A DNA stretch of 64,000 bases from Octopus sinensis (taxonomy: Eukaryota), in contig NC_042999.1 in the NCBI RefSeq assembly GCF_006345805.1, positions 3,410,001 to 3,474,000 on the forward strand, written 5' to 3'. The notes under the pieces were generated by a model. The model was not told the DNA's origin, ran no database searches, and saw nothing but the letters and a program-made list of their open reading frames with translations. A program made the position numbers and the translations under genes. Of this stretch, positions 27,431-40,624 are shown piece after piece (within the stretch, counting starts at the first letter, position 1; the number at the start of each line of letters is the position of its first letter).

Positions 27431-27620
27431 GAGTTTTTCCTCCATCTTCCCTTCCTTGGATCTTTCCCTTTCTTATGTTTCTGATGAAGAGCTCTGCTCG
27501 AAATGTTAATTCCTTCTTCTTTCTTTCCTTACCTGAGCATCCAATAACACTATACTTGTTCCACTTCCTCGCATTGTTGTGTTTTCTCTTTGTGTTTTCA
27601 TGTTTGGATTAACTTTATAT
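27431..27620 (+). mobile_element. Penelope-like terminal fragment (family P2) with a hammerhead motif (27477-27510)
   Basis: gttt-CTGATGA-a-gagc-tct-gctc-GAAA-tg-TT-aat; ends at (TA)n; sibling at 54.6-54.85 kb. Confidence 0.65.
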
Positions 27621-27649
27621 ATATATATGTAGGTGTGTGTCTACATATT

Positions 27650-28058
27650 CTTTCTTTTACTCTTTTACTCGTTTCAGTCATTTCACTATGGCCATGCTGG
27701 AGCACCGCCTTTAGTTGAGCAAATCGAACCCAGGACTTATTCTCTGTAAGCCTACTACTTATTCTATCAGTTTCTTTTGCCAAACCGCTAGGTTACGAGG
27801 ATGTAAACACACCAGCAGCGGTTATCAATCAATGTTGTGGGGGTGAACAAACACAGACACACAAATACATACATACATAAATATATATATTATATGACAG
27901 GCTTCTTTCAGTTTCCGTCTACCAAATTTACTCACAAAGCTGTGGTCAGCCCGAGGCTAAATCAGAAGACACTTGCCCAAGGTGCTATGCAGTGGAACTG
28001 AGCCTGGAACCATGTGATTAGGAAGCAAGCTGCTTACCACATAGCCACTCCTGTACCT
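27650..28058 (-). mobile_element. Full-length SINE family A
   Basis: Consensus match. Confidence 0.88.
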
Positions 28059-30063
28059 ATAGGATCATCATTATGAGACCATACTTGAAATGCAATAATC
28101 AGAAAATAGAGCAGAGTGCATAATGTGACTGCAGAATACAAAAGCACAAATTTCACTGAGCTGCACATGTTGTAAAGGTCACAGGCTACTTTTGTGAAGG
28201 GGTATCCAAGAGATCAAAAAGGGTCACTTGAAAAGCCTCCACAATAATGAGACGGTGATTTAGTTAAGTGATTTGGGTTAAGATGGAAAAAAATGGTGCA
28301 TTTTGACCAGCAATGTACAATGGCATCTCTGTACTCTCTAGTCTTGCTTCCTTTGCAATATCCTGCCATTTGTCTAATGACCTTTGAACCTCAAGGGTAT
28401 GCCCTGGCATGTGCCACCATCTGTATCTCTCTCTTCCTTTACTCGACCATCCCATTTATATTCTGATCCCTGTCCCTTGTGAGTATGCCCAGCACTTTGC
28501 TACCATCTCTATCCTGCTGTCTCCTACTCTTTCTCTCCTCCTCCTCCTGCACTTCCCTCAGGTCAGGTAACCATGTATCTCCTTTATGGCAGCACACCTG
28601 TTTCTGTCTTCTTTTCCCATCTCTCTCTCTCTCCCTCTTCCCAGCCAGGTAACCTTGTGCCTCCTCTACAGCAAGACACCTGTCTCTGTCTGACAATAAC
28701 CTTTCATCATCTGATACAGGATCACCTCTTTCAATGCCTCTTTCCCTCTCAAAAGATTTTTGTCTTGGTGATCCTGTCAGAGCAGGTGCCACTTAAAAGA
28801 CACCCAGGCCACACTGTAAAGTGGTTGGCATTTAGAAGGGCATCCAGCTGTAAAAACCTTGCCAAAACTGACCTCACTTGTGCTTGTGTCACATAAAAAG
28901 CACCAAGTCCACTCTACAGGGTGATTGGTGTTAGGAAGAGAATCCAGCTGTAAAACTCCTGCCAAAACAATCACAGAAGTCTGGTGCAGGGATCTGTCTG
29001 GTTGGCTCCTGTCAAACCATCCCATCCATGCCAGCACGGAAGATGGATATTAAACAATGATGATGATGTTGATGACACACACATATATGAGATGGAACAG
29101 GTAGGTACCTTGGGCAAGTATAGCCTTTAGCTGACCAAAGCCTTGTAAGTGGATTTAGTAGATGTAAACTGAAAGAAATTCGTTGTGTGAATATATATAT
29201 ATATATATGTATGTATTTGTGTGTCTGTGTTTGTCCTGTCACCATCACTTCACAACCGATGTTGGTATGTTTACATCCCCGTAACTTAGCGGTTTGGCAA
29301 AAGAGACCAATAGAATAAAAACTAGACTTACAAAGAATTAGTCCTGGGATCAATTTGTCTGACTAAAGGTGGTAATCCAGCATGGCCACAGTCTAATGCC
29401 TGAAACATGTAAAAGAGTATAAGTGTATGAGTAATTTTATCTTACTTTTATACTCATCTTCATATCATACATTATTGTATCAGCAATTCAATGATCGTTT
29501 GAAACAGTCGTAAAGAATTTTTTATGCCATATAAAATGTACATACAATATACCATATAACTGTTTCTATGCTGTTCTTCCATACATATAGAAAATCATCA
29601 TCATTTAACATCTCTATTCTATGCTTGTATAGGCTGGATGGTTTGATAGGATTCAATTAAATGGAGAGCTGCACTGAGCTCATGTGCTAAGGTGTGATTT
29701 CTCCCACCTTCACCAACAACTCGTTATAACCATCCCTACATACCTCTAACACCACTATCTGTCACTGTACATTCTTCTAACCTGCACATCAGATCCCTAT
29801 TTCTTGATATATCTGCAGTTTGATATGAGAGGAGTTGAGAATGATAGTTGATGAGTGAGATATGGTAGTGCTAATATTGCAGCTTGGCAGAGAGGGAGAG
29901 ATAACTAGAGACTGCAACAGGAGATGAGATTGAACGGTAGAAAATAAAGCAGGAATAATATTGCGAACGAGGAATGGATTTTATACGAAAGTTTTTCCTG
30001 GAAAAGGTAACTGGTAGCACCAAAGGTAGATGAAATATGAGCAGATTCTGCTCTCATATGACT

Positions 30064-30405
30064 TTATATTGAGACCCCCTTCGGTCATGACTGACCGTGG
30101 GATTGCACCTAGAAAGTTACCCTCTTAGGCACAAGTACGGGCAAGGTTGTTTATGGAAGACCAGCAGTCGCCCATGCATACCGGCCTCCCCTCTCCACGC
30201 CACCATTGTTATCCAAAGGAAAGGCAACAGCAGATACAGCTTGGCACCTGTGACGTCGCAACTCGTTTCTACAGCTGAGTGAACTGGAGCAATGTAAAAT
30301 AAAGTGTCTTGCTCAAGAACACAACACACAGCCCGGTCCGGGATTCGAACTCACAACCTCACGATCATAAGCTCGATGCTCTAACCACTGAGCCATGTGC
30401 CTTCA
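30064..30405 (-). mobile_element. Full-length SINE family C with TSD
   Basis: 13-bp TSD ctctcatatgact (30051-30063, 30406-30418); A box tggctcagtgg and B box gttcgaatcc on minus. Confidence 0.92.
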
Positions 30406-30499
30406 CTCTCATATGACTACAGAAATCTTTATTATAGGCATATAGCCTGAATAGAGAGGGGACATAACAAGGACAGACAACACAGAACATGGGGTATCA

Positions 30500-30795
30500 C
30501 CATCATCATCATCATCATCATCATCGTTTAACGTCCGATTTCCATGCTAGCACAGGTTGGACGGTTCGACCGGGGTCTGGGAAGCCAGGGGCTGCACGAG
30601 GCTCCAGTCTGATCTGGCAGTGTTTCTACAGCTGGATGCCCTTCCTAACACCAACCACTCCGTGAGTGTAGTGGGTGCTTTTTACGTGCCACCTGCACAG
30701 GTGCCAGGGGGGTCCAGCATCGGCCACGATCGGTTGGAGCTTTTAACGTGCCACTGGCACGGAAGCCAGCCAAGGTAGCACTGGCAACGGCCATG
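30500..30795 (-). mobile_element. Family R copy
   Basis: Consensus match. Confidence 0.8.
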
Positions 30796-31394
30796 CAATA
30801 TAGAACGAAAAATAATTATGAAATGAAATATTTACAATGAGTGGAATGGAATGGCTTACGAGCTCCACCCCAAAGCTCGCAGTTTCATTTTACTGTTTAT
30901 GTATACAATTATAATTATCCAGGGTATTCATCCATTATGTGCTCATATGACTACAATAGCTGAATAATGTTGTATTTAGATGAGTTATGGATGGATGAGC
31001 AATAGAGAGATGCAAGATCAGGAAGGCCTACACTCACACACACACATGTACACTAGTGTTTGTGTATCTTCGTTTTTTAATGTTTATCCTCCATATTAGA
31101 CTGGGTTTGACAGTGTGAGAGGATCCAACAGGTCAGAGGACTGAGTCATGCTCCAATATCTGCTGCAGCATGGTCTCTTCAGCTGGACACCATTCTGAAC
31201 AGAATCACTTTACAAAGTGTACAGGTGCTTTTTTACATGACAGTAGCATTACTAGTGAAGTCACCTGTCACTTTGTAGGCCACAAGACTATGATCTGACT
31301 GTGTAGCACCTTGGGCAAGTGTTTCCACTATGACTTCTATACAGCCAAAGACTTATGAGTAGATTTAGTATTCAGAAATTATAAGAAGCTCATT

Positions 31395-31592
31395 GCATGT
31401 GTGTGTGGGCATGTGTATGTTGGAGTACACGTGTATGTGTGAGTACATGTGTTTGTGAGTACATGTGTTTGTGAGTACGTGTTTGTGAGTACATGTGTGT
31501 GTGTGAGTACATGTGTGTGTGTGAGTACATGTGTGTGTGTGAGTACTTGTGTGTGTGTGAGCACGTGTATGTGTGAGTACATGTGTGTGTCT
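31395..31592. repeat. Minisatellite-like (GAGTACATGTGTGTGTGT)n
   Basis: About ten degenerate 14-18 bp units. Confidence 0.85.
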
Positions 31593-31611
31593 TTGTTTTG
31601 AGAGTGGCACA

Positions 31612-32010
31612 ATCATCATCATCGTTTAACGTCCGCTTTCCATGCTAGCATAGGTTGGACGTACTGGCAACGACCTCACTCGAATCTTTTTATATGTGCC
31701 ACTGGCACAGATGCCAGTAAGGTGACGTTGGTAACGATCATGCTCGAATGGTGCCCTTTTACATGCCACCAGCATGGAAAACAGTTGGCTGCTCTGGCAA
31801 CGATCACACTTGAATGGTGCTCTTGGCACCCTACTAACACGGGCACAAGTGCCAGTAAGGTGATGCTGGTAACAATCACACTTGAATGGTGCCTTTTATG
31901 TGCCACTGGCATGGAAGCCGGTTAGCCATTCTATCAACGATCACACTCACATGGTGCTCTTTGAACCCTGCTAGTACGGATGCCAGTCATTGAATTTGAT
32001 TTTGATTTCA
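31612..32010 (-). mobile_element. Family R variant made mostly of internal tandem units
   Basis: (CAT)n end; repeated aacgatcacacttgaatggtgc. Confidence 0.7.
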
Positions 32011-33344
32011 CAATATAGTTGCAAACAGGCATCGCTGTCACAGAAGGAGCCTTGTTTGTTCCTAATGTTCCATGGAAACACATAACAAGCCATGGTTAAA
32101 TATTGCCTTGCTCAGAAACTGGTGAGGGGTGGCCACTGTACAAATTCTGCTCCAACAGATTCTGTCTGACTCATGCAAGCAGAGAACAGTGGACATTAAA
32201 CAATGATGGTGATGCTGTTATTTCTTTTTTTATATTTATGCAAATGTGTATATGTGATACAAATGCATGTGTGTATACGTTATATTCATGCGCTTAGTGA
32301 ATGCGCATGAGTGTGTGCATACATGCACACATTACTGCTTACGATGATCGCATGTGTTCAGAACATGCTATGAACACAGTTCTCCTCTTCCTGTTTGTTT
32401 CATATTGACAACATTACTCAAGGGACATCACACAGAGTCATTAAAATATGAAGCCTTTATTGTCTAAGATAATGTTTATTCTGGCCATATTATAATGTTT
32501 ATAATGCTATGCACATTTCAATGCATGCATAATTCAATTTCTGTGTGCGCAGTTATGTGTGTGTCCACACCTATGCAATCATGTCATCTCAATAAACCAT
32601 CAACTCCACAGGTACCACTCATACTGTCATTAAACCCTAACCCCATCATCAACTTAACGATCATTAATATCAATCTGATTAGAGACAGTGCCTAGTCTCA
32701 GAACGATCACTGTTAAGGGGGTCTCTATACAGTTAACCAACAGGATTGAATTAATCACCAAATCACACTTACTATCTTAAAAATGAGGTAAATGAGACAT
32801 CTGATAATGTAGCCTTAAATACAGTCTAAAACAAAAATGGGATGGTCATGAGTGGAATGTCTCTGGTCATAGTTCTGCTCAGAAGGTCAAGATGAACAGT
32901 CTAAATAGGGACACCCACCAAAAAAATTATATAACCACCTGCCTCTTCTTCTGTGGCTAAATAAGAAAAATTATAAAATTCTCTGGCACTTTCTTTGCGA
33001 GATACCATTCCAACCAATAATCGTTCTCTTGGAGTGAAAACATGCAACAGGAATAATTTACTGGTAATTGATAAATCTGTGAATATTTAACTTTTATCTT
33101 GTTTCAGTCATTAGACTGAGGCCATGCTAGAGCACGACCTTGCAGGGTTCTTGGTTGAATGAATCGACCTACTACTTGTTTTTTTTTTTAAGCATAGTAC
33201 TTAGTTTATTGTTTCTTTTGCCAAACCGCTAAGTTACAGGGATGTAAACACATTATCAATGGTAGCCAAGCTGTGTTGGGGGACAAACACAGACACAAAG
33301 ACACACACACAACCATATGTATATATACATACACATACAATATA

Positions 33345-33875
33345 CAAGGTTATTCAAAGCAATATTTTAATAAGGAAAAGCAATAGAAAACTGCAGCTGA
33401 GTCACAAGTATTTACTCACAATCAACTTTTATTTCCTGTCTCACAAGTATTCAATGTGGCCACCACCTGCAGCACGGGCAACATCAATGCAATAAGAGAA
33501 TTCCTCCCAGACACATATCAGCATACCACGATCCACTGAGTGTATGATCCATTGTCTGTGATTTTTTCTTGTGGGGATATGTAAAAGATCGCGTTTATGT
33601 TCCACCACTACCCACTCACCTTGATGACCTTCAACATCGAATAACAACAGTGGTCAACTCAGTGGATCGTGATATGCTGATACGTGTCTGGGAGGAATTC
33701 TCTTATCGCATTGATGTTGCCTGTGCTGCAGGTGGTGGCCACATTGAAACCTTGTAAGACAGGAAATAAAAGTTGATTGTGAGTAAATACTTGTGACTCA
33801 GCTGGAGTTTTCTATTGGTTTTACTTATTAAAATATTGCATGATGAAATTGGTTCATTCTTCTTGAATATCCCTG
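33345..33875. mobile_element. Fold-back Tc1/mariner derivative nested in a family A SINE (~33090-34050)
   Basis: Inverted arms 33345-33541 and 33657-33875; plus-strand reading CDFFLWGYVKDRVYVPPLP...VWEEFSYRIDVACAAGGGHIETL* is a transposase C-terminus. Confidence 0.88.
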
Positions 33876-34529
33876 TGTGTGTATATATATATATATATAT
33901 ATACACAACAGGTTTCTTTCAGTTTCCGTGTACCAAATCCATTCTCAACTTGACACTATACAGAAGACACTTGCCCCAATATGCTATGTAGTAGGACTGA
34001 ACCTGCAACCATGTGGTTGGGAAGCAAGCTTCTTGCCACACCTGCACCTATATATAGAGAGATTATGTATGTTTAGAAGAAGTACTCATCAGTGGAACCT
34101 CATCAAAACGTGTAATTAAAATTTATACCAATCTGTGGTAATTAAGATTATTAATTAACTGATATTTGTTGATGTTCTATGATGCCGTAACTATGAACCA
34201 TTCTACTGACAGATCTTGTATTGGTTGGTATAACATTTGTTTCTATTTTCCTTGATTGCAACTTATTCTTATAGGAATGTGTGTAGTTTTAGGTCCTGGA
34301 AAGTGATTGATATCTGCTCTAACTCAGGATTTCATCTGAAAGCTAATTTCTCTGCTGCTTATTTCCACCAGGAACTGACACATTACAAGATTAAACTCAT
34401 TTTCGGTGGCCCTTGATTTCAAGACAGTTAAACACTGATGCCTGACAGAAATTTGTTAATGTAGAACAAAACTCCTTCCCTGACTCGTCAGCTGAATGGG
34501 GAGGGTGGATTCTTAAAATCTACAGGGGT

Positions 34530-34887
34530 TACTCTTTTACTTGTTTCAGTCATTTGACTGTGGCCATGCTGGAGTACCGCCTTTTAGTCAAGCAAATCGA
34601 CCCCAGGACTTATTCTCTGTAAGCCTAGTATTTATTCTATCAGTCTTTTTTGCTAACTGCTAAGTTGCAGGGACATAAACACACCAGCATCAGTTGTCAA
34701 GCGATGTTGAAGGGGCAAACATAGACACACAAACATATACACACACACACATATATATATATATATACACATATATATGACGGGATTCTTTCAGTTTCAG
34801 TCTACCAAATTCACTCACAAGACTTTGGTCGGCCCGAGGCTATAGTAGAAGACACTTGCCCAAGGTCTTACCACACAGCCACTCCTA
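34530..34887 (-). mobile_element. SINE family A with an internal head deletion
   Basis: Consensus match. Confidence 0.85.
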
Positions 34888-34912
34888 TGGTTTTTTTTTA
34901 ATATTCTTTTGT

Positions 34913-35137
34913 TTATTCCTTAGCATTTAAACTGGCATATCCAGCCCAGCTATTCAACTTGTTTTATGTTCAAACTGCCAGATCCAGCCACTTGCACCTA
35001 CCCTACAATGCCATTCTAAAAATATACAATCACTTCTTCAAAATCTGGAAACAATGTGATAATGCATGATTAATGGCTAACGATGTGAATAAATAAGCAA
35101 TACATTTGACAGAGTAATCTAAATGTTAAAGGATCAA
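34913..35137. mobile_element. Degenerate piggyBac-type MITE (second family)
   Basis: Ends ttattccttagcattta ... taaatgttaaaggatcaa resemble a decayed TTAA-CCCTTTAGCATT TIR; a related end taaatgccaaagggttaa lies at ~6842-6859. Confidence 0.45.
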
Positions 35138-35631
35138 GGAAAAGGCCCAGCAAATAGTCATGTATCTCTCTTTAGAAATTCAGACTGATATACTAGCTGA
35201 CCCCTTACCTCTGTCATTGACCCTGGTCATAAGTCAACCACTCCATCAAATAGGAATTTGATTGTCCTGAAATTGGCATTTAAGGCTCATTATTTTTCCC
35301 ATTAGCTTTGTGTTTCTCATTCAACAGTTTTTTTTTATCATGCCACACATGTTGTCTCTCTTCCTTATTTTGTTACAGTTTTCAATCACTCTCCTTTCAC
35401 TAACTTCTCTATTTCTGACAAACCTTTCTCTCCTGGTATACACTTATCACTATTTGTGGAGGTGTGTGGCTTAGGGTCAGGGCGTTTGACTCATGATCGT
35501 GTGTGTGATTGTGGTTTCGATCCTTGGACCAGGCAAGAACAAGTAATCCTGTGACGAGCTGATGTCCCATCCAGAGAAGAAATATATGCGTTATGGAAAC
35601 CAGGAAACCAGCCGAGAAAGATCTCTCTCTT

Positions 35632-36015
35632 TTACTCTTTTACTTGTTTCAGTCATTTGACTGCGGCCATGCTGGAGCACCGCCTTTAGTCAATCAAATC
35701 GACCCCGGGACTTATTCTTTGTAAGCCCAGTACTTATTCTATCGGTCTCTTTTGCCGAACTGCTAAGTGACGGGGACGTAAACACACCAGCATCGGTTGT
35801 CAAGCAATGCTAGGGGGACAAACACTGACACACAAACACACACACACACATATATATATACGACAGGCTTCTTTCAGTTTCTGTCTACCAAATCCATTCA
35901 CAAGGCATTGGTTGGCCTGGGGCTATAGCAGAAGACACTTGCCCAAGATGCCACGCTGTGGGACTGAACCCGCAACCATATGGTTGGTTAGCAAGCTACT
36001 TACCACACAGCCACT
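35632..36015 (-). mobile_element. Full-length SINE family A
   Basis: Consensus match. Confidence 0.9.
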
Positions 36016-37464
36016 TCTCTTTTCCTACTCAACTTTCACATCACCACAATCTCCTTCATTCTGACTCATTCTTTCTCTGCTTATCTATCCACACATCTGT
36101 TTGTCTGTCTATCAATTTATCTCTGCTTCTCTCTCTCTCTCTCCCATTTTCTACTTCTAGCATCCTCTGCTTGTCACTCTCCGGCTTTATTACTCTCCTG
36201 CCTACTCTACGAGAACCGACAACCATTGTACTCCACAGTCTAAAGTTACATACGTTTGTGTCACAACCACGAATCATCTTCATCATCATCACCATTATAT
36301 TCATCATTGCCATCATCGTCATAATATACTAATTTAGAGATCGTAGTTTTCAATTAAAAATATGATCACTTTTTTCTTTTTCTTTCCCATCGAACACAAA
36401 ACTATCAGATTCTTCTTCTTCTTCTTCTTCTTCTTCTAGCTGCGTGTCTGATTTGAGCATATTAACTTACTCTCTTCTGTCACTGCAATTCCTTTGTGGG
36501 CTACCAATCTTAACAACATCACATTTCATCAGAACCATAAGTTAGAAGCACAGACTATACATTACACATAACATGAGAAGCAAATATATTTCAGTGCGGA
36601 AGCGAAACATACGGATATAGATATGGATTATGAATAATACAAACAATACACTCAATCAAAATTGAAAGATAGGCAAGTATTTGCATATTTTATGGGTTGA
36701 TGTGTACGAAAAGCAAATATATAATATAATAATAATAATAATATATAATTATAGTAATGCTAAGAAAACACTTTTAATCTTTTTGTTTTTGTTTGTTTCT
36801 ATATATTTGATATTTTATTTTTATTTTGATTCTCCTCTTAGATTTCCTTTATTCTGACAAGCTGTAGTGCACTTCAGAACTGTATACAATAAACTCGTTA
36901 ATATTATTACTTTATATTTAAAACTGAAGACTTTACCCCATTGCTAAAAAGACCTATGTCACATTGATTTTGATGCAAGCTATGTACTTTTAGCACTTGA
37001 GTCCTCAACTCTATTTTTGTATAATTCTCTCTTTTTATATATTTTGACCACAGATACAGGCGTGGCTGTATGGTAAGAAGCTTGCTTCCCAACCACATGG
37101 TTCTGAGTTCAGTCCCACTACGTGGCACCATGGGTGTTTTCTACTATAGCATCAGGCTGACCAAAACTTTGTGAGTTGATTTGGTAGATAGAAACTGAAA
37201 GAAGTTCTTTGTATGAATGTATGTATGTACAAGGAATCTAATGCTCTTAGCTTAGTTTTTCCTTGAGGCTGGCCAGATTGGAGCAATCTCAAGATTAATC
37301 AGCCAAAATTGCAAGGATGATCCAGTTCTTGACTGAAGATTAAAGCCTTCAAATGACCCATCCATGTTTTTTGCATCATCTTCTGGATGTTTTGCGTTCT
37401 TGTCCCAGTTTGTATTTTTATATATAAATATGTGTGTGTGTGTGTGTGTGTCTGTGTGCATGAC

Positions 37465-37800
37465 AGACAATACCTTTCTTTTGCTAGGCTTAAAAATCTC
37501 ATTTGCAGACCCATGAAAAACAAACACCCCCAACTATTCTGCCTATATATCTGTGCACACCTTTCACAGCTGTGTATGCCATTTGGTCTGCAAATTTAAT
37601 GGAGTCCTCAAAAGATCCACAAAGATCAGAACTTAACTGCAGCTCTTGGTGGTCCAAATCAGATGTGCAATCTATGTGGGTGTCTTTTCAATACACTGTC
37701 TGGTTTAAAAAGCCACCCCATGCACCACAAGGGATCTAAAGTGTAAGTACAAACAGCAGTCAGACTCTGCATGAGTAGACAACCACCATGTATGTATGTG
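37465..37800 (+). mobile_element. RTE-type LINE 3' relic with C-terminal C2H2 finger(s)
   Basis: Frame from 37660: QMCNLCGCLFNTLSGLKSHPMHHKGSKV* (C-x2-C-x12-H-x3-H), preceded by a decayed finger YICAHLSQLCMPFGLQI*WSPQKIH; short UTR and (TATG)n tail. Confidence 0.6.
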
Positions 37801-37929
37801 TATGTATATACTTATGTGTGAATGTCTTTCCCCCCCCCCCACCACCACTTGGCAACTGGTGTTGGTGTGTTTACATCCCCATAACTTAGCAGTTCAACCA
37901 AAGGGATTGTTAGGATAAGTACTAAAGTA

Positions 37930-38128
37930 CTGGAGAAGGACATCATGCTCGGAATGGTCAGTGGCAAGAGAGGAAGAGGCCGACCAAGAACCCGCTGGCT
38001 TGACACCATCCGGAATGATACCGGAATGGACATGGCCAATCTGAAGGAAGCGGCCCAGGACAGAACTGACTGGAGGACACTGATCCAACGAGTGATCGAG
38101 AGTCGACTTCGACTGAGCGGATAGAGAG
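37930..38128 (+). mobile_element. 5'-truncated RTE (BovB-like) LINE inserted in a family A SINE tail
   Basis: Open frame 37930-38124: LEKDIMLGMVSGKRGRGRPRTRWLDTIRNDTGMDMANLKEAAQDRTDWRTLIQRVIESRLRLSG*; SINE resumes at actaggctt. Confidence 0.9.
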
Positions 38129-38407
38129 ACTAGGCTTAAAGAAATAAGTCCTGGGGTCGATTTGTTTAACTAAAACCCTTCAAGGCAGTGGCCCCGCTTG
38201 GCCACAGTCAAATGGCTGAAACCAGTAAAAGATAAAAGATAATAATAGTAATTACTTGCGATTTCTAATTGAGACAGATGACCATCAGTTCTGTGGTTGG
38301 AAGGTTAATCAATTTCATCAACTCCATTGCTGTAAATTGACTAAGAGCCCAAAACAGAATTTTTCTTTCAGCCATGTCTGATGACTGCTAAATTACCTAA
38401 CCAATAA

Positions 38408-38446
<39 letters not shown>

Positions 38447-38804
38447 TGTGTGTGGGTTTTAAAACTGAAATGTTTTGCAGAAATTCTTTTGGACCTTCAT
38501 GACATGAGTTCAAATCCCACTGAAATCAATTTTATCATTCTTCATTTCAGGACCAATAAAATAAAGTTCTGGTCAAGAACTAGAACTAATGTAATCAAAG
38601 TGCCTCTTTCTCTGAAAATTGCTGGTGTTGGGCCAAAATTAGTAAGAATTTTATTTTTACTGTTTACATATTAGTATGTAACTCCACATGATATATTGAA
38701 TCATCCTGTACTGTTCTCAATCTGTTTGTAAACAGAGGTTAAAAAAGAAATTATTATTGTCATTAATATTATGATAATTACTATTGTTATTATTATCATT
38801 ATTA

Positions 38805-39645
38805 AGAAGGTTGTCAACTGGCAGAACAATTAGCATGCCAGGCGAAATGTTAAGCAGTATTTCATCTACTACTACATTCTGTGTTCAAATTCCACCAAGA
38901 ACGGCTTTGCCTTTCAGCTTTTCGGGGTCAATGAATTAAGTACCAGTCATGCACTGAGGTTGATGTAATCGACTAGATGCCCCCCCTTCCCCAATTTCCA
39001 AGGCTTTGTGCCTAGAGTAGATATAATAATAATAATTATTATTATTAAGGCAACGAGCTGACAGAATCATTAGTGAGTTGGACAAAATGCTTATCGGTAT
39101 TTCAACTGTCACTATGTTCTGAATTCAAATTCTACCAAGGTCGACTTTACCTTCCATCCTTTCGGGGTCAATAAAATAAGTACCAGTTGCATACTGGGGT
39201 TGATGCAATTGACTCACCCCTTCCCCCAAAATTGCTGCCCTTGTGGCAAAATTTGAAACCATTATCATTTTTATTATTATTATTATTATTAATAAGGCGA
39301 TGAGCTGGCAGAATCGATAACATGCCAGGTGAAATGCTTAGCAGTATTTCATCTGCCATTACGTTCTGAGTTCAAATTCCACTGAGGTTGACTTAGCCTT
39401 TTTTCCTTTCTGGGTCGATAAAATTAGTACCACTTACACACTGGGTTTTGATGTAATTGACTTAATCCTTTCCCCAAAATTTGAGGTTTTGTGCTTCCAG
39501 TAGAAAGAATTATAATTATTATTATTGAATAAGGCAGTGAGCTGGCAGAAACATTAGCATGCCAGGCAAAATGCTTAGCAGTATTTCATCCATCATCATG
39601 TTCTGAGATCAAATTCTACAAAATTTCAGGCCCTTTAGTGGAGAG
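38805..39645 (+). mobile_element. Array of four head-to-tail SINE family B copies separated by (ATT)n
   Basis: Heads at ~38808, 39048, 39294 and 39532. Confidence 0.85.
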
Positions 39646-39657
39646 TATTATTATTAT

Positions 39658-40212
39658 TGAGTGAGAGAGCAGTGCATGCCATCAAAGTGACACTGGGGTA
39701 AAATATACGAAGCCCAGTATACCCATCATGACTACCCGTCTGATAAGGGTACACCAGACACATGCATCACAACCATGTGTGCGTAACATGGTGATCTCAT
39801 ATCAAAATAAACAGCACATGACCTTGCAGGTGGGGCCCAGTTAGAATTTTCTACTGGTCAAGTAACCCATCCTGCTCAAAAGGTCCTTGAATAAGGGTTG
39901 TTTAAGGATGATGAATGAAACACCCATGTTTCCAGAGGTGAATTATCCAAACCCCAAAGAATCCCTCTCAACAGATGGCTATGATGCTCCCCCACTACTT
40001 CTGCTCGTGATCAGAGATGCCCATATCGTCAGCCACTAAGGGACATGCTCAACTGGTTAAGGTCAAACAACTGACAAGCAAATCTGTGGTATTGAGCAGA
40101 ATATTTGCTGTGGGCCATCTTTGATACCAAGACAAAACAATGTAAATGATAACACTTCCAATCAGTTAAGATCAGAAGCCATGAGAGCCACTGCCTGGTA
40201 CTGCATCAGGGC

Positions 40213-40214
<2 letters not shown>
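39658..40214 (-). mobile_element. Non-coding repeat flanked by (ATT)n on both sides (family T)
   Basis: A second copy at 56421-56757 shares the tgagtgagagagcag end; strand inferred from the truncation pattern. Confidence 0.7.
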
Positions 40215-40252
<38 letters not shown>

Positions 40253-40437
40253 AGCAAAAAAAAAAAGAGAAGAGTGCCATTGTCATCAAATGAAAGATAT
40301 TTCGACATCTGTGTCTTCCACAGGTTCAAAAAATCAATGTGTCAATCTACTTCATTTTCGGTAATATTTATAGGATTGAGGTAACTCCTCCAGAAGATAC
40401 AGAATATCGTATTATTATTATTATTATTATTATTATT

Positions 40438-40590
40438 TTCTTCTTTCTTCAAATTTTCTTCCTTTTCTCGCCGAGTGTTTTCCGTACACCTAGGGCAGAG
40501 AAGCTCATTGTATGCATTCCCAGATTACACACGCAAGGCTGGTATCATTTTCAAATAGGTTTCAGTACCCTTTTTTTTATCATTCCTAGA
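40438..40590 (-). mobile_element. R4/Dong-like LINE 3' relic within an (ATT)n tract
   Basis: Minus strand reads LGMIKK(fs)GTETYLKMIP, like an RLE-type C-terminal region, then an A-rich/(TAA)n end. Confidence 0.5.
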
Positions 40591-40591
40591 G

Positions 40592-40624
<33 letters not shown>

